A DNA stretch of 63,993 nucleotides, filler included, from Thelocarpon superellum (taxonomy: Eukaryota): assembly GCA_026025795.1 (NCBI GenBank). It is 6 parts of 6 records of this genome, joined end to end, with 100 filler letters (N's around TTAATTAATTAA, not from the genome) between each part and the next. Parts side by side here need not be neighbours in the genome. Positions count along the whole stretch, not along the records: positions 53,721 to 63,993 come from JAPEUG010000533.1; 5 more parts are not named here. One strand, given 5' to 3'. Positions 59,120 through 63,993 of the stretch are shown piece after piece. A program made the translations under genes and the position numbers. The notes beneath the pieces were generated by a model. That model worked only from the letters and a program-made list of their open reading frames with translations, searched no databases and had not been told where the DNA came from. Every line of letters begins with the position of its first letter. The first letter of the stretch is position 1.

Positions 59120-62095
59120 CTGGCTCGCTCTGCGTTTTTATGCCTGTCGACCTCTCAAGCTTGATAGGTGGGACTTTTTGGCTCGCTGTATCATGTCTGT
59201 TGTGATTTCTATTTTGTTGATGTAGCTATATTTGCGACGGTTCATTTCATTATCGCTTCTTAGGTGCACTCCTGAGGTCATCTTTTGTACGATGTGGGGG
59301 TTGTGATCGACGTGCTTCCGATTCAGGCTTACTACTAGTGCTGCCTACCTCTACAGGAGTGCATCTCTATCTAAGCTCTATCGATTCGAGAGCCTGACAA
59401 TGACCATCTCTCCAGACCCCGTCCAAGTCCGTCGCCGGGTCCGTCTGTGGCCACACGGACAAGATCGAGAGAGGAGAGAATGGTCAAGAATGGAAGCCCA
59501 AGCTGACATTCTCCTCTCGAAGATTCGTCCGAAGATCAGAGGTCATGTGCGAAATCAAGTGGGCGGGAATTCTAATTCCATCGGCCCGAATGAATGGCTG
59601 ACACAGGCGTCTCACCTTGGGCAAGTCTCTCCGTGATTCATAGCTTCCCAAGCCACACCTTATCTCAAGACGACCGACGCGCGCAATTCTTCTTGTCATG
59701 CAAAAATCTCAATCCGTATCTCTTCTCAAGACAATCAACTTGCCACTTCCACCTTCCTTCTCAAGTACGTGAGCATCCTGGTCCCCATTGGAGAGGATGA
59801 GGACGCGCGCATGGAGTATCTGGGCATCGCCCGCAGGGCCGGAGAACAGATGGAGCGAAGTGGTGAGCTGGCAACCTTGGTCTTGCGAGGGGCCACGGCC
59901 AGACTGCGGGCACTGAAGAAGAAGTTGCGAGGAACGGGGGACAAGGGCAAGACCAAACGTCTTTGAAATGGTTTCTTTTATCCATGTAACTGAGAGTAAG
60001 AGGACCAAGGTCAAAGCGACGAACGGAAATTTCAAACAGTTCTCCTCTCAGCAAGAGCTCCATTGGCATCATCACGACCTACAATTGCGAATCAAACACG
60101 GAGTCAACGGCTTGAGAAAGAGGACCGGTCTTTCTACAGATTCGCTCCGTCATAGACGTGTCGACTGTCCGAGCCCACCTTCAGACCTATGGAACAGAGA
60201 CATTCGTGATAGATGAAGGATTTAAGCTGCTCTGACGGTCGGTGTCTAGTAAGGCGGGGATGAGCTAGCGGTAGAAGCATCTAATCTCCATCCTCACGCA
60301 AGCGTAGGAGAGAGTCGCGGCAAGTACTTATGCGTGCATATGGCCGATGCAGATGCATACGCGCGAGTCAGGACAGCCGGAGGGCAGCAAGGTGGGCTTC
60401 CGCACGGACGGTAAAGGAGCCGCGTCGAGTCGTGAGGGGTTCTAACGCAGTGGGAAAGGACCAAGGGCTCGTGCTGCTGCCTCGTACAAGCACGAGTAGT
60501 CGTACAAGTGGCCAACCGGTCGTGGACGAGTACGGGACGCGGAAGAGCAGGATCCGCCCGACCCACGGACAAGGGCAGGTAAAGTGGGCGAGCAGGCAGT
60601 CAATTCGCGGCGCAACTCGTCGTAGCGTGCAGGAGATAGCGACGTTTCATCCCGAGAGACCAATGACAGCGACCCCTGCCGAAGGATATGACTTCATTGG
60701 GTGCGGCAGGTTGCGCATGGAATCCCTCGGTTGACCCTGGCTCCGCGCTAGGGCGGGCGCAGCCAGCGAGGCCTTGCTGGGCCTGCGTTGCGTCCGCAGT
60801 CCGTCGCCGCGCCAGGCACGGTCCCTCCTGATTTGAGTCCCCGTAGTCAGGCACCGCCACTAGCACTCCCAGCGTTCTACGAGGGCTAGGGATGTGTGGC
60901 CAGCGTATTAGGGACCTCCTATAGCGAGGGAGGACAAGGAGGCACTCAATGACCACGGACATGCCCGGGATGCATGAGGATGAGACAAGATACGCGTACC
61001 TACCTGTAGATCCTCGTACCTGCGTTAACATCCCTTTGCACCACACGACGTGCCAACCAAGAGGGCTGTCGTTGCACACGAGATCTATCGATATCGCGCG
61101 TGTCCGGCCACGGCAGTACAGCAGCGCTGGTGGAGATCCACGTCCCGCGCGGCGGACCAGGTAGTTAAGGCTTAGCAGAGACGACGACAAGCACGAGTCG
61201 ACGTGGACGGACCAGCGTTCAGCGGCTCATCGGGTCCAGCCGTGATCTGTCGCCGTGCTGCTAAGCTGCTTTACTTCGGCTGCCCTTCCGCTGCCGAGCT
61301 TCACGAGTTGCGAACGACGCCAGACCGGCACGGGGGCAAATTCCACGCACTTAGCAGGCTCCGGTGCTGTCCCTCGCGACGGCCGGCCCACCCGAACCTA
61401 CTTGTGCCTACCGCCGACCGTCTACCGTCTACGCGTAACTTACCGTCTACCGGACGGTGTACGCCGCAGGTACGAGTACGGCGTCTTCTTTTACGCTGCG
61501 CGAGCCGTGCGAGCTTAAGGAGTCAGGCGACGCTTTCATCGACAGCAAACGGGACGAATTGGAATTGTCAGCGTTTCGATCGGCGTGTTTCTTTGATTGA
61601 CTCGCTTCATCGCACAAGGTCGCGATCCGCATCCGCCTCTACCTTCCGCCGCCCACCGCGCCTCACATCTGCTCCCCTCCTCGCAATCCCCGCCGATCGG
61701 GTCTCCTTCTCGTCCAGCGGCCTTACAGGTACTTCGCATCGGCTTGCCGCCGCTGTCAACCCTCTAGCCGAACCGCGATCCACGGCCAGGTGGATCTCTC
61801 TCGTGACAGGCACTACATCCGTCGAGAGCCATACTACATCATCCTCCGCTCGCTGGTGCGTTGTGCGCTGCGCGAGTCTCGTCCACGACGTCGTCTACCG
61901 GCGAAAGCTTTCACACCTCTTGGCAGCGGCGCCTCGCTCATCCTTGGCACGTCCTCCCCGGCGCCACCCCTCGAACAAGTCGGTCCCGATGAATCAGAGA
62001 TAACGAGCTGTACGACTGCCTGGCGGACATCCTCGTCCGACGGTCCACGTCGCCGCACTCACGGCACTCCGCGCTCGGTGTCATCCGGCCTCGCC

Positions 62096-63834
62096 ATGAC
62101 GGCCAACGGATCCTATCGGCCGTACCGACTGCCCTCCTTCGACTATGAGGAAGACCCTACCCGACCGCCGCCGCCGCCCCCAGCGTCGGAGAAGCCGTCG
62201 AGGATGCCGAGATACCAATCTGAAGAGGCAGTGTCGCCCGTGTCGGCCTCTCCGGCATCATCACCCTTCGGCGACCACGTCTACCCGGTGCAGGCCCTCC
62301 ATATGGGCGATCCTCATCACGGATACGGAGAGGACAACGCCTACCCGCAAGATACGCGGAGCCCATCCTTTGCCGACGATGTGCCCCTCCATCAATACCC
62401 TGGCAAATCAGGATACTCGACCTCAGCCAAGGCCAGCCCGAGAGGGTATCAATCTGGCGATGAACACGGGGGATCGCCTACCCCAGACTACGAGTTGGGC
62501 CCAAAAGCGCGGGCCATCAACCGGATCGCCGGCATCTTCCACCGTACGGGTCGGACGCCGTGGTTCGTTTATATCATGACCTTGATACAGGTGACGGTGT
62601 TTGTCGCGGAGCTGGCCAACAACTGTAGGTGCCACATGAGACGATGGTGACGGTGGTGGTAGCGAAGACGCTGACACGACTACAGCTAGCATCACAGGGT
62701 CACCCATCGCGATCCATCCCTCCTTCAACCCGATGATCGGACCATCCAATCGCGTCTTGATCGTCATGGGGGCGCGATATGTGCCGTGCATGCGATCAAC
62801 CCACGGGGTCCAGGACTCGACGATTCCACCGAACTGGCCTTGTCCGAATACGACAACCACGGACGAGTCGAGTCCCGACATGCATTGCACTCTCTCGGAT
62901 GTCTGCGGCTTTGGCGGCGTGCCCAATCCGGTGGGCGGGGGCACGCTGGAGGATCAACCGCAACCAAATCAGTGGTTTCGATTCATCATCCCCATGTTCC
63001 TCCATGCCGGCATCATCCACATCTCCTTCAACATGCTCCTGCAGTTGACGTTGGGTCGCGACATGGAGAAGATGATCGGTCCGCTGCGATTTGCCATAGT
63101 CTACTTTAGCAGCGGCGTCTTTGGTTTCGTGCTGGGCGGTAACTACGCCGCGAGTGGTCAATCATCAAGGTAGGAATCGCGATTGGTCAAAACGACGGAG
63201 GAGCCTGCTGACCTGGTGCACAGCGGAGCGTCCGGCTGTCTCTTTGGCATCATCGCCCTGACCTTACTGGATCTGTTGTACACGTGGAGGGAGCGAAAGT
63301 CGCCCTTCATCGATCTGACCTTTGTGGTGGTCGACATCGCCGTGTGTTTCGTGCTCGGCTTGCTACCGGGTCTGGACAACTTCTCGCACATTGGTGGATT
63401 CCTCATGGGGCTTGGTCTCGGCATCTTCCTCCTCCATTCGCCCAAGGCGATCCGACGGCGAACGGACGAGGATCCCATCTTCCCCGAGCCGTCATCGACT
63501 CCGCCGGGGAACGGGCGTGCGTTCGAGACGTCCAACGCGGGATTCAAAGATTTCATGCAGAGTCCCAAGGAGTTCTGTCGTGATCGGAAACCCCTCTGGT
63601 GGGCGTGGTGGGGCATGCGAGTGGCGGCGCTGATCGTGGTGCTGGTCGCCTTCATCGTGCTCCTCAACAACTTCTACAAGTATCGCGACGCGTGCAGTTG
63701 GTGCAAGTACTTGAGCTGCTTGGTGAGTGGCTTCCTCTGACGCGGAGTCATGAACACGAGGCTGACCTTCTCCGAATCAGCCGGTCAATAACTGGTGTCA
63801 ACTGGACGATCTTCAAATTATCACGCCGACATGA
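62096..63834 (+). CDS. Rhomboid-family intramembrane serine protease (4 exons)
   Basis: NPMIGPS; QWFRFIIPMFLHAGIIHISFNM; catalytic S/GASG; LDNFSHIGG; CSWCKYLSCL/PVNNWC. Confidence 0.92.
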
Positions 63835-63993
63835 ACATCGATCATCTCCACCATTTCCCTTGTCACGGAGTAGATTTGGCATGATATTTCCTCGGGTCCG
63901 TCTGGGCGGGTGCACACCATTCATCAGCATCAGCATCCTCATCGTCACGACCATGATATCCCAAGAACGTGGCAGTGATACAAGTCATGTCTG

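Noticed and set aside
1..63993. CRISPR arrays, rRNA genes, transposases/retroelements, inteins in POL3 or VPS4
   Set aside because: No repeat-spacer arrays, rRNA tracts, RT/integrase/transposase motifs or large in-frame insertions were seen.

Overview
GC-rich, intron-containing DNA from a filamentous ascomycete (Pezizomycotina). The window is not one locus: it holds six contigs (1-10742, 10843-21562, 21663-32255, 32356-42941, 43042-53620, 53721-end) joined by identical 100-bp N44-TTAATTAATTAA-N44 spacers, apparently in order of decreasing length. About 25 protein-coding genes are supported: VPS4, prefoldin 6, an F-box protein, LST7/folliculin, RPA34, an Rtg3/MiT-like bHLH factor, NPR3, a GFA protein, OST1, a PsuG-PfkB fusion, RMT2, a DUF676 esterase, a DUF6697-like protein, hydroxyacid-oxoacid transhydrogenase, a YcaC-like hydrolase, an SNG1-like membrane protein, a Zn2Cys6 factor, GLO1, a LAMTOR2-like protein, PDC, BCK1, eIF3k, POL3, a Lys-rich protein and a rhomboid protease. 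There is also an intron-containing tRNA-Ser(CGA) and an intronic box C/D snoRNA. The best leads are: (1) a candidate hydrolase/membrane-protein/Zn2Cys6 detoxification cluster on contig 4; (2) a glyoxalase I in which three of four metal ligands of one of its two active sites are substituted; (3) an intronic snoRNA with a U45-like guide and a second, unfamiliar guide; (4) a cryptic, insertion-split LAMTOR2. All family assignments are from motif recognition, not database searches.
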